From NCBI GenBank assembly GCA_030141605.1, contig JAQGDQ010000945.1, forward strand, positions 1-64,000: a stretch of 64,000 nucleotides of DNA, given 5' to 3'. Source of the DNA: Tubiluchus corallicola. Lineage: Eukaryota; Animalia; Priapulida. Shown here piece after piece: positions 39,401 to 51,567 of the stretch. The first letter of the stretch is position 1; each line of letters opens with the position of its first letter. The notes under the pieces are model-generated. The model searched no databases. It was given only the letters and a program-made list of their open reading frames with translations, and was not told the DNA's origin. The translations under genes were made by a program, and so were the position numbers.

Positions 39401-42400
39401 CTTGTAGGGCATTTTTGATTTCACAATTGCATTTCTATGATTTGTTTTTTATTTTTCAGTTAAAAGCAGCTAAACAACAAGAACCTATTCAACAAGCAGC
39501 ATTAGAAGATTTCTATACAAAAGCTGATGCAGTGTAAGTGTTTTCACGGTATAGTTCCTTTGTCACTAATATGGATAATTTTCATGCAAAGTTGTTGCAT
39601 TTGCACTATGACATGCAGCTTTTGGACAATTCTGACTTTAACATGTAGATGTTAGAATTTATGAATAATTAATATTTGTTTTAGTATAGTCCTACTTGTC
39701 ATCTAATACTTGTTAGCTAATTAGAGTAATTTGTTTATATAATAATGATAACTGTAGTAGTAGAAGAATGTGAAAGATCTAGCCCATATTACAAACAAAT
39801 TCTCCTGTCCACTGTCAATGTGCACTATTTATTCACCAATATTTACAGACTTGTTTTTAGTTTTGGGTTAATGCTTTGCTTATTTATTATCATTACAAAA
39901 TTTTCAAGGTTTCTTCACTAAATTCGTCTCCTATCATTTCTAACTGATTTTCATGGGTATATGCAAATTAAAAAACAAATTAACCATTTAATCAATACTA
40001 GCACTAACACTAATACTAATAAAATTGCCACATTGTTTTCAAGTATTATTTCTAGAGCTTACTTAATTGCAAAACCTTTTTTGATGCTGAAACTTTATAA
40101 TTGTTTGTAAGTGGAGGTATTGCCTCCGTAGAATGTAAGTGCCTTATTTTTCTCAGCGACACTTATCTAGTAGCTTGTGTGACAAGCTTCTCAGACTGAG
40201 AATGTGTCTTAATCATTGTCATAACTCTCTGGAATGCAAGAGACCGCCTTTCATTTTCTCATTCGAAATGAAGGCAAGAAGTCGTTCATATTGATTTTAC
40301 TCATATGCAGTGATATGCTGAAGGAAGAGCTAGTTGCCAAAATAGAGCATTGAATTTCAGTTTGGCAACAGCCACTTTCATGACAACTTTTGTTCTGTTG
40401 CCTTTTCAGTACGATTGACTCGCCGAAGAAAGCAAAGGCTTTGCACTTGCCACCTGCTAAATCTGAACCTAGCAAACCAGAGCCAGTTTTAAAGCCACCT
40501 CAGTTGTCACCGATTGAGAAGTTGAAGCCAAGAGCAGATATGTCAAAAATTAGGCCACCTTTGAGAAGCAGAACAGCAGATGATGAGCAGATACCTTATC
40601 AGGTGCAGTACATCTCAATGTATCCATAACTGATTCATTTCTGATAAGGAAAATTTTTGCACTTAAGCTGTATGATATTTTCTGAAGCTTTAAAATGCCC
40701 TTTTGTTTTAGGATGCAAAACCTAGTCATTTTTAGAAGTGCTTGTATGCCTCTTTACTTCTGAGCAATTGGATCAAAGTTTTGAGTAGAAATTGTATTCT
40801 TTAGAGTGAGGATATTAGAGTGAAGGTTAAAACTCAAAATTACGATAACATCGAAGTGTATTATACTGTTATATAAGTATTAGGAAATAGTCATATAATA
40901 CCTTGATTCGGGTATCTAAATGATATGCCAATTTTACCACTTGAACCAATTACTAATTGAACCACTTTTGTTTCAAAATCCTGTCAATTTTTTATAGTAC
41001 ATGTTCCTTTTAAATAGTCATGAACACTTATTTAAAAAAATTCTTTCTCATTTAAATAACGATGTGAAGGTTATTTTGGTCTTTTAGTAACTTTCGTGTG
41101 GAATTCACACTGGTATAAACAATATTCTTGTTTTGTATAAATGCGGTTTTAATGTTAAGTGCAATAATTGTGAATATCACATGAGTTTGAAAATATTCAA
41201 TATGTAAAAATTGTTTCCCTGACTGTACTTTACCTTTTAATTACCTGTAATTTTAACTTTCTGTGAAGGTGTAAATGCTGTCTTGCTTATTTTATAGGAA
41301 TTTGAAAAGCAGTTTTATGGCGGAGAGAGCAACATACCTAAGCCGATTGTCGGTGCTGGTCTCAGACACGTCTTTGATGACGATGATCACATTCTTATTC
41401 AGCCAGAGGGTGACAGTAGAATAGACTGCGGGCTGAAGATTATCGACCCAGCGCAATACAAACGAGACTTCTATGTGAACAAAGTGCCCCAAACAGATCA
41501 AGATGTACTAAAGTCACCCCAAAAGAAGCAGGTGAAATAGTTTTGCATATTTACAAGGGCCATCCTCGGTACAATAATTAATGATGTTAGAAGACATTTA
41601 CATGTGTTTCACTTACAGGAAATCAAGAATCATAGATACATAATGCTAGCAGTGTTTATATAATTTGATCTGAAAACTGTGGGAATATTTTTTCCTCGAG
41701 AAATTTTTACTACTTATACCTACTCAATTGTGTTGAATATGAAAGCTATCATATTGCCAGGGTCACATTTTGTCAAAAGTTAAACAGCATGTGCATTTGA
41801 TGCTCTTATTGTTTCTGGAAAAAAATTCGTATCTACAATCATATGATAGTCATCATCATCATCTAGAAAGATTTTTGACAGTTTTTGCACAGACTGAAGG
41901 AAGTTTTACGACAGCTGTTTACTGTTTCAGTGAATAGTCATTGCATCATGAAAAGTACCATTTTTTATTTTTTAGGTGGAAAGCTCTATTAAACTGAAAG
42001 GTCAGGTAGCCGAAGAGGCTCCCTATACTCCCATTGCTTCAGTTACCCCACCAGCTGGTGCTACAGTTACATTGTCACCACAAATGTCTCCTCAAGTTCA
42101 GCAGATCTCTCTGTCACCTCAAATTAAGCAGAAGCCACATACCGGCAAGGTTATCGTTTCTCCACTTATCTCACCTGTACGCAAACCTCCACCTGACAAT
42201 GTTACTATTACTGCACCTGTGTCTAAAGTGCATAAGCCACCACCCATTGATGTGACAGTTTCTGCTCCAGTGGTGAAGGACTATCAGCCTGCACCAACTG
42301 ACATCACAGTCTCTGCACCATTATCCAAAAAACCAGATATTCCATCCCCATCTGATGATGTCATCGTTTCTGCACCGTTGTCTAAGAAACAGGGACCTGT

Positions 42401-45082
42401 GCCATCTGACGTTACTGTCTCTGCACCAGTGGCTAAGAAGCAAGAACCTGTGCAATCTGACATCAGTGTTTTTGTACCGGCATCTAAGAAGCGAGAACCC
42501 ACACAATCCGATGTTACTGTGTCTGCACCAGTGTCTAAGAAACGCGAACCAGCACCATCTGATGTTACTGTTTCCGCACCAGTGTCCAAGAAACATGCAC
42601 CAGTGTCTAAGAAACATGAACCAGTACCATCTGATGTTACTGTTTCTGCACCAGTGTCCAAGAAGCATGTGCCTCCAGAAGAAGGAGTTACTGTCACTGC
42701 ACCTATAATAAAGAAACCTCAGCAACCCGAAGTCACCATTTCAGCTCCACTAAAGCAGCCCAGAGAACATGCCATTCTCACAAATGGCTCTATGGGGTAA
42801 AACTTTTTTGCTATTATTTTTCTTTTTTAGTACTAATATTTACTTGGTTTACTACGTTTAATTGGTAGATGCTGAAAATTAGGGTTTCTTTTTGTATTTG
42901 GTGGCTGCTTCTGGGCTCAAAAAATTGCCTCTAAAAGTTTTTTGCAGTAACAAACATTAAAATACTTGTCAGAGTGAGCCTGATCCAGATCTCAGGATTT
43001 TCATGGAGTTTGAGAGAACTAGACTTTGATCCTGAGCAAGCTATACCTTGAAATTACTGTGCTTGTTATTAAATTAATAATGTATTCGTATTAATAACAT
43101 AGTCCTATTAAACAGTTGTTCCTGAACAACCTGCAGCTATGATTAACTCTTTATTTCAGGTTTAGGTAAATTTAAGAACAGAGAAAGCCTATGATTGCAT
43201 TGACATTTGTGTACTGAAAGTGCTTGCTTATGCTTACTTTGTGAAGATTAACATTAGCTTATCAGCGTTGTTTGTCACCATATGCTTTTATTGTCAGTAG
43301 TAGACTATCTTTCTTTTACTTTTGTGTCACTAGCTAAACTGATGTAAACTAACCTGTATTAATGAGTGGATGATCTCATAAACAGTTATGCGTAATTCAG
43401 AAAAAAATTATTGTCTGTATTTCATGTTTGTGCATTTAGAGGGGATTGAGTTAATTTCTTGTATATTTTGTGGAATAACCAGCTCATTAAACATCCAAGT
43501 CAGCAGCCATTAATATGTTTGAGCTTCGAAATTGATTCCAACTAGTTTTTTTAGTTTGCATTCGGTTCAAACCCAAAATTATAAATTCGAGTAATTCAGC
43601 ACTTCAACTGCATCAGCTCTTTATCATTAAAATGTTTTAAACGTCATATCATTAGCACTTCTGTGCTCAATTTTTAAACAAATTATTAGTGTTTTTACTG
43701 CAGAATGAAATCAAGTAATATGCATGATCTTTGTGAGAAACTTTTTATTAGTGATTCAAAAATTCGTTCAAAAATCTTTAAAATTGAATTCGAGTTCGAT
43801 TCAGATTCAGAAATACTGAAATTTGGTTTGATTCAAGTCACATATTCGATTCAAATTGAATTCACTTACTGGTAGAGAATGTTCACCCCTATCCATTAAC
43901 CATTTTTCTTAAGCTACCAATTTCACTTTCAACCATTCATTAACTAATCACTGATCCATTTGGTCCAGTACTATGTGAAAAACTTGTCTCCCTATTTGAA
44001 AGACTAATTGGTTCTCAATTTCTACAGAGAAGAGTCTATCAATGTTCAAACACCTTTTAAAGACAAAAATAATGTTAGACGAGAGAAGTCTGTGGATAAA
44101 TCACCCTTGCATCAACCTGAATCAGGCATTATAGTCAACACTGTTGTAAAAGGTAATTATTATATTTATTAGAATATATTTCACACAATGTAATTGGATA
44201 GGTGCCTACTAAGACCATAAATTTCAGGCTTGTATTTAGTTAATTGATGATAATTATTTGCCTTTTGAATGGCTGGAGCGTGAAGTATGAAAATCTATTA
44301 CTATTTTGTTTGTTGTAAAATGTTTTCCATACTTTTGTTTACAATATTATTAACAGCACATTTGCAGAAGTCATAATTTGATATATCATGTTTTTTTAGA
44401 TAAACTTCCCACTAATAAGTTTGAGACGACAAGTGACACTGATTTCAAAGTGAAATTGGCTCAGAAAAAGAAGTAAGTATATCTTGCATTCTGATGTAAA
44501 TACTCTGTTTTTTTCAAGGTCTGATTATTTTTGAATAACAAAAAACCTCTGAATTGTATGTGCAATTTTTACTACAATTTTTGCCCATTAAATACGTTTT
44601 TACATAATATTTGTAAAAATAAGTAACCATTGCTTACCTAAAAACAGCTTTTATTAATAAGATTGTATAATATATAATTATTTAAGACTGTTTTTATTTG
44701 TTCTGCAGTGATTTCAAGGAAAAACTAATCCTTGAACAACATTCATTATATTTTAACGCATACTTAGAAACTTTGAATTACCACGTAATATATGCACATA
44801 AAATGCCTTGCTTAAAAAGGCAAACGAAAGTTTAAATCATTCTTATCTCCCACCAAACACCTTGCTGCGGGATATCTAAAAAAATGATGTAAGCTGGTGG
44901 ACAGCACGAAGCCATGCATAACAAAACTTCAGCAATTCATCCACAAATTCTGCTATTCTACCTGATGAATTCTTTGTTTTAATCACTGGATCAATTATCA
45001 ATGCCTATGCCTTTAAAGCTTCCCAAGGGACTTGGCTTTTCCTTTAAAAAAGTTAGTAATGTTCAAAGATCTTTTCAAGCAT

Positions 45083-45131
<49 letters not shown>

Positions 45132-47318
45132 GCAATAAATGCAATTCAAATTTAAAATTGTATAGCAAACAGCCAAAATTATGTAGCAAATAAAATTTTC
45201 AGTAGCATTAGAATGCATTTGATAAGGTTACATGTTTTTGTATCTTCTGTAGGAATGATGAACTTGCCAATTTGCCCTCAGTCAAACAACTGAAATCAAA
45301 ATTTACAGAGCAGGATCAGCCAGTGCTAAAGGTACCAGTATTTCTTGTTGTAGATAGTATAGATGTGTATTGTTTAATAAAATAACCATTGGTTAAGATT
45401 TCATGTTTCCGTAGAATGCTAGTATTCAGTTTTAGTAGCAAATTAACCTGATTACCTATCAAACTTAAAAAGATTCTGGCATTTTTAAGAGTAAATAGAT
45501 AATAATCTTTTATTTTTCTACTAATGATAATAATTGTTTTTGTTTATGCAGTTGCACAGCATAACTGCGAGGGACCTATCTCGGGGCAACTTTGAGAGAT
45601 TAAGGCACCAGCGTTCTCCCATGAGCCCTGATCATCCTGCTGACATTACTGTAAATACTAGCAATCTCCAACAGATGCAGGGCAATGATTTGATGTTTAG
45701 TGCCCCTAATCTCACTCACAGCACTCCGGTGAAGAAAGAATCATCTAAATCTTATAAATTTGTAAAGACAAATCGTTTCTATCAGGACGACAAAGACAAA
45801 ACCGTGAGTCAGCCGGACTTGTCGTCTGTTGGCTTGCATGTACCAAAAAATAAGGACTTTCATCTCACTGCTAATAATAGTTTTTATTATATGGCTAATG
45901 ATCTGTCTCCACCAGTAACAGTGCCTTACCGTAGTGGTCAAGTAAACCTAAACACTTCGAGTCCTATTCTTTATGGTAGCCCCACTGAACAAGTAAAATC
46001 ATCTTCAATCAATGTGCAAAATCAACCTTTTGTCTCTCCTAATCGTCCTAATGATGTTCCAGTAATGACATCATCGACACCGGGTCTGATGTCAACTAGT
46101 CCAAACCGACGCGAGGTAAAGAGGACGTTCAGTAGCAGCCGTAAAACTGAGACAAAAACAAGGTCAAATAAGCATGGTGATCCTTCACTTCCTGTGCACA
46201 GCATGCCGGATTTGGTGCATGACTTTAGGGAGCCTAATGAACCAGGAAACTTATTGAATTCTCGAAAGAAATTTGACAGAGAAGATGACTTACCACACGC
46301 CATACTCGATAAACCTACAACAAGCTTGAAAACGACTAAAACGGAAATACATCGCAGTCCTGATGGAAAGAGGAAAACAGAAAAAGTTACTAAAGTGACG
46401 CGGACGACGACGACTACGACAAAGACAGTGAAGAAGCTTCTGAATGACAAAGGAGAAGTTGTGGATGCTGATGAACCAGTAGCAGATAGAGCAAAGCAAA
46501 CACATGACACATCACCGAAAGAAAACGTCAAGAATAATGTTGAACCACCACCAGATTACAATATCAGGGAAGTTGCTCGCACTCCTTCACCGGATTACGA
46601 AACTAAGAATCTCAAATCTCCTGATATCGATTATCCAGGGACGGAACATTTTTGGGACAGACAGGGCTCTACGAACTTGTATGCAGAACCTCAGTTTCGG
46701 CCAATTTCTCCTGAATATTTTGAGTCTATGGAAGAGTCTTCTCGATCCAAAGTTCACCGAAGTCAGTCAGCACGTGAGCCACGCCACGTGCGACCCGAAA
46801 AAATGCGATTGCGAGAATCATATACACCTGCTGCTAATCACCCAAGAGTGAACCAGCTGAAAGCTGCCAGCTTTCAGGACGTTACACATTCCAAAAATCA
46901 ACATCTCACTAGAAGTCATGGTGAAGAGGTTGACCGTAGCAGACCCAGGCCGGGGACAAATGAAATTTCCACCATCAAAGAAAACTACGAGATGGGAAAT
47001 GAAAGCAGGCCTTTTGCACAAGGCAATCACATAGCAGCAAGCAACCCGAATGTGACTCGGAGTGATTACCAGAATACCCCCCTTCACACAAACTCGATAT
47101 ATTCTAACCTATCTTCCAGTCAGCCGGATCTAAGCAATGTCCATTCCGTCAGACGTAGCCGAGAGGAACCTCTTCACTTGCAGCGAGTGAAGAAACGCAA
47201 GCAACCAAGCGCTGTACTTGCTAGAGCAAGCTTCTGGGATCAGAGAGTCGAACAGAAGAAAGTCTCCGATCAGGAAGCAGGCTTAGAGTACTATCCTCGA
47301 ATGGACCCAATAAATTAA
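19088..47318 (+). CDS. MYRIP: MyRIP/melanophilin (Slac2)-like Rab27 effector with two I-set Ig domains and a Pro-rich repeat array; ~1960 aa, 26 coding exons
   Basis: Phase-compatible GT-AG exons: 19088-19197, 23270-23491, 24324-24442, 25188-25346, 27017-27100, 29236-29339, 29864-29944, 30461-30565, 31308-31442, 32443-32633, 32963-33142, 34247-34484, 35070-35172, 35449-35628, 36262-36432, 37126-37260, 37889-37992, 39279-39374, 39460-39533, 40410-40602, 41298-41531, 41976-42796, 44028-44152, 44400-44472, 45253-45331, 45552-47318 (5883 nt, open throughout). SHD1: MGRKVNLAYLRPDECEKILSVVQKDLDLREKETQRL. Zn finger: HFNEKHCMRCC...CVECKYFVCKEC...WVCNVC. SHD2: DWFYFNVRQKFRHFGSSKVIRSLYK. The symbol reflects N-terminal similarity only. 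A likely 5'UTR donor lies at 18322/18323. Confidence 0.85.
22518..22900. repeat. (TA)n microsatellite followed by a degenerate (AATGC)n-like satellite
   Basis: TA run at 22518-22565, then repeated TGCAA/TGTAA/TGTGA pentamers. Confidence 0.75.
27877..28260 (-). mobile_element. Probable LINE 3' end with an (ATGTCT)n tail
   Basis: (CATAGA)x5 at 27878-27909 followed by TTTTATTTA, which is AATAAA on the minus strand. This layout is typical of CR1/L2-group 3' ends. No coding motif confirmed. Confidence 0.4.
30955..31040 (-). mobile_element. 5S rRNA-derived segment (SINE3-like relic or 5S pseudogene fragment)
   Basis: Minus strand GACCGAAGTTAAGCAA-N10-AGTCAG-N6-GATGGGTGGTCG matches the 5S internal control region CACCGAAGTTAAGCAA-N10-GGTTAG-N6-GATGGGTGACCG (recalled from memory) with the same spacing. 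The 5S termini are absent. Confidence 0.55.
32121..32424 (+). mobile_element. tRNA-derived SINE, copy 1, with (TTA/TGA)n tail
   Basis: B-box region GGTCGTGAGTTCAATAC. Body ATAGTCTCTGTTATGTAAGTGTAGATTTGTTATTTA...GTTAATCCAAAAGCCGATTTTGAATAAAGG then (TTA)n. Aligns by eye with copies 2 and 3. Confidence 0.8.
33717..33916. mobile_element. hAT-family MITE, 200 bp
   Basis: TIRs CAGTGGCGGCTCGT and CAGTGGAGGTTCGT (reverse complement). Perfect 8-bp TSD GAAATAAC at 33709-33716 and 33917-33924. Internal GCAGCACCCC repeated twice. Confidence 0.9.
35070..37260 (+). other. Two tandem I-set immunoglobulin domains (4 exons) of the MyRIP-like gene
   Basis: Ig1: PSFRLKPKDCIIKAGDPVRF...GTKPIDVFWYKD...YLEIYDTSIDDAGEYLCVAVNEVGECSTYFALSV. 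Ig2: PPIFKVKIRNQKVTEGGPAEFMCIVDGFPIPSLTFFRNG...WTLVIH...FKAVVKNKLGTAECSATLTV. Confidence 0.88.
42185..42760 (+). repeat. Coding tandem repeat, ~11 units of ~17 aa (51 bp), consensus SDVTVSAPVSKKxEPxP
   Basis: Directly visible in exon 41976-42796, including an extra 21-bp APVSKKH duplication near 42580-42618. Confidence 0.92.
45088..45130. repeat. (TA)n microsatellite
   Basis: Pure TA run; similar runs occur at 16558-16576 and 31891-31931. Confidence 0.9.
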
Positions 47319-50300
47319 GAAGTCATTACATTGTTCCTGTAATGTTTTAAAGGAAGCTTCTTGGTAATGTGTTTCTTTTGGCTGGCTAATTGGCTGTTTT
47401 CCAGAAAAGGAAATTGGATAAAAGAAAAAAAAGAGACAGTGTAAAATAGCTTTTTAAATGCCTGGTGGCTTGTCGTTTATTCCAAGGGAAGAATTGTAAA
47501 AAATATAGCATATTAATGCTAAAAATAGACATTTTCTATGGTAATACGTTCCTTTGTAATGATGTTTGCATTGATTTAACATGTGTTCTAATGAAATTGA
47601 TGTAATAATTGTAAATTATTTAATCTTGAAATTAATATTGTTTTCTTCTGTTTAATGTAAAACTACTGGTCTATAGTTATTAATTATGTGGTGCTAATAT
47701 ATAAATTAATTTTTCTGCAAGTAATATTAAAGTTTGTTTGGAGTACCGCAAGTCTGAATACAACCTAAATACACTATAATTTGTCAAATACACTTGTATT
47801 TACTTGTACGTGTTAATTGTGTTAATTCTACTGGTATATGTCTGCATTAACAGCCGCATGTCTATGTCTGAAAGTCCAGCATGTTTTATCATTTTTGGTC
47901 ATTTGTATATCAAATAAAAAATTCTGATCTAGTGTTTTTTCACTTAAGTGAAACCCTAACGTTTTGGATATTCAGGTCCATTTTTTTGTAAAAAAATTGT
48001 ACTGGTCAATGTAATTTTAGAACATGATCTGATTAGGTAGACCTTTTATATTTTGGCATTTTCCCAAAAAAACGTGACTAGCATCTGCCCAATTTTTGCC
48101 AAGTTTTGACAAACCATGCATCATGAAGGTTTTGAAAGAAGTTCTTTAGCTCTCTGAAAGAGGAGGAAATAGGTGACAATGCACTCACTGTTGGTTGTTT
48201 TTAAAAAGAGCTCACCTGTGTAAATTAGAACAATGCAGTTTTAAATTCCAGTTTGAGGATTTTTCTTTAGGAGAACTTATAAGATGCATGGCCATAGTCA
48301 TCACGCCATCATTGACAATGCCCAATGATCATAGCCCTTTATATTTTGCTATTTTATTTAAATTTGTATGACTACAACAGTGTACAAGTACACTCATCTT
48401 AGTTTGGTACACCTTGCATTATATGTAAAATGCATTCTATTATAGTTATGTATATTTTATTAATAGTTTAAGCAATTCTTGTGTGAGTAATTGTTTAATA
48501 ATGTTACTAAGTACTAATGATGACAGTAAGTCTGATAAGGTGGTTGTGTCAGTACATATTAATATTATTATTGTAACCTTTTTATGTTTACCTTTTTACA
48601 TCTTTTATTTCTTGGTTGTTTTATTCCTCCATTAACGTTTGAGCATAGTTTTATAAAGCGCATATTTGTTTATAGTGGTTATTAACCTACTATTTTGTTA
48701 CTGTGTGTAGCCGTTGTTATTGTTACATGCCTATTTTCACTAGTTTCTCTCATTTTAGCATAATAGTTTTTAATTTTGCTATTCAGTGCATAATATTCAA
48801 GAGAATCATGCGTTGTGTAAACGAGTAAAAGTGTTTTTGCATAGTTTTTACATTTATACATGCACTGTGTGTAGGCTTATACACACAATAATTAGGGTAA
48901 AGTGGGGAATATGAACTCCTTAAGCAAAAATTGGGTTTTGATCTACTCTCATTAGGCTTCAACCCTTGCAAGAGTGTTGTGCAGATGGCTGGGGCTGCCA
49001 GTTTATTATGTATTTCAACATTTATCGACTAATTATACAAATATTTGTAAGAGATCGAATTCAAAATTAACCAATCAATCAAATTACCTCAATCAGTCTT
49101 TTTTTGTATTTCGGCAATTTTGAAACTGTCACAAGTAGGATATCCTAATAACAACGGGCGGCTCGTGCGTCATGAAACTAAAGATTTGTTCTAGATGTTC
49201 TGTGAATCTCTTTTGATTACGGTTTTTGCATGAAACTAGCACGTTTTTTTTAAAACTGGTGATGCATGATACATACCTTGACCTTGTCACATTTCATTCA
49301 ATACTTTCTTCTTGGACAAAAATGTCAGTTCACTCTCTGATTTACTGTTCCATTGTGCCATGTTTTGCTTCCGCGCATATGTGTAGGTGATATCTTTTGC
49401 CGTAGCCTGCTGTCGACTTTTATGGGCTATGAAAGTGTAATGCTTGAAGTTGGTAAAATTAAATGTCTTTTAAGCTGGGAAAATTTAACACACCTGAGAA
49501 CCTTGACTTTTACGCGGAAATTCATCGTCTGTAATTCGGTTGCTCTATTAAGCTAGACTTAGTTATAATTGATTGATTTTACAGTCTAAAAATTAAAGTT
49601 TATGATGCACCAAAGCGTTCAGTGTCTGGAAGTGAGAATTGAAGAAAACGAATGTTGTCAGTGGTTCATGAAACCAAAGATTTTGTCGGGCCAAGCTGGG
49701 TGTTCCTGTTTTTTAAGCGTCTAGCGTGCAGCGTCTGTTCCTCAACCAGCTATTCCTCTGGGAATTATTATACGAATAAATAACATAAAAAAGAGAAAGC
49801 ACTGCAGAAATTTGATGTCACCCATTTTGTTTTTTCTAAGAAGAACAGACGCATTGATGTTGACATACCACTCAGTGAGCACTAGATGCTGGAGAACCTG
49901 GTGCATTAAAAGCAATGAATTGGCCCTTGACCTAATAATTTGGGGTTATCAGATGACCATCAAAGTAGACTGTTCCACAATTGCATGGTTATAACAGCAA
50001 CAGTGCAGTATTTACTTTGAGTTTGCTTATAATCAGCAAAAGTAACAATATCAAAAGCAAATATAAAAGTATGTTACTATTTACATTACATAATTATGAA
50101 TAAATTTTGATATTTACAGTGGTGTTTTGTTTTCGTTAAATTAAGATTTCCGAATGATAGAAATCGTAGAACCTTGTATATGTTATGATAATTATATAAT
50201 ATGCCACGTAAACTATCATTACAGATGGAGAACAGAAGCATCGAGTATAAAAGATGGCATTGGCAGCCGTGAGATTCAAAGTTTCAAATGTGAGCTTAAT

Positions 50301-51567
50301 TCAGAGTACATACTATAGCATGTTTTTAGGTTGGTACACAATGACACAAAAGCAGAAGCTCAGTAGGCCTAACGTGGCGTTAACCTGGCATTATCTACCC
50401 GCAGAATAGCTGCGAAATAAAAATCAATAGGAAATATCTGCAGAAAAAATAACGCATAATTAATTAATGTCTGATTAACGAGTGCATTGAAAACAATATA
50501 AACCAATTTTGTCTATTCCGCATCCCATAACGCATACGCATTCCGGATATCAGGTAAACGCCACTCAAGACACGTCGTTGCCCCACCACTAACACTACCG
50601 CCCACAACAAGAATAGCAAATTATTCGGACCCTCATAAATGTTTGATTTCTCTCCCTCTTCAGCAGGCAATAATTTGTCTAAATCAGATCCCAATAGATA
50701 AATCACGAAAATTTGCCGCGTGTTGATTCCTTTTAGAGCCATAAGTAATCAGGTTAATTACTAATTACTTTGCATACACGCTTAATTAACAAGATTCCAT
50801 GTAAGTTTTATGACCCTGTGATTCTGAGAGCTCTGTTTTATTAATGTTCGGCAACGCGAAGGATTGCATGATGATAGTAACAGTTCATGAGAAATTACGG
50901 CAGTGGTACCAAAGTGAATCAATGGCGGATATATTCGCCCGCAATTGGTTTGTTTTAGTTCGCGTAACGGGAAGGATATCTTTTCATTTTGAAAATTCTC
51001 TGGAATATTTAGCATCTAATGTTACCTGGAAAATATGGGCACAAAAAGGATGGTAAATGACAATGTGACTACCTTAAGGTGATTACTTTTCATGTGTTAT
51101 TTCTAGTGCTTCGACTAACGAAGTTATTATTAAAATAGAATCCGTAGAAGAAGGCATTATAAACAGTGCGCTAACTAAGCTTATGCAAAAAAGAATGAAT
51201 ATTGAAAGGCTATGAAAAAGTGAAACACTGTGGTTGTATATATAACACGTATTGCGAAACGAATTCTGTCTGGATGGAAGATGACGTAAACATCGAAGTA
51301 TTGTCATTAACACAGATTGACAAGTGATACGTATATGGTTTGTCTGCAAATAGTTGACTATTATGAAACGTACTACTTTTTCCATTTTCAGGCTATGGCA
51401 TATGCAGGAAAAATCGTAAAGAGCTTCAAGAGGAACAAGTCACACTAGGATGCCGTTTTTGTATCTAACACGTAAAGTTCTAAGTCTAAGCACAAGTCCT
51501 GAATAGTTCCTCATTACACGTAACAAAAAAAATTCAGGCGAGTTTTAACTGCACCTATAAGGTGATT

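Noticed and set aside
42034-42725. Overlapping and antisense ORFs, and a regularly spaced CRISPR-like repeat pattern
   Set aside because: Shadows of the coding 51-bp repeat; the units are contiguous with no unique spacers, and the context is eukaryotic.
45741-47087. Antisense and alternate-frame ORFs within the last MyRIP-like exon
   Set aside because: Shadow ORFs of a long coding exon, with no independent motifs.
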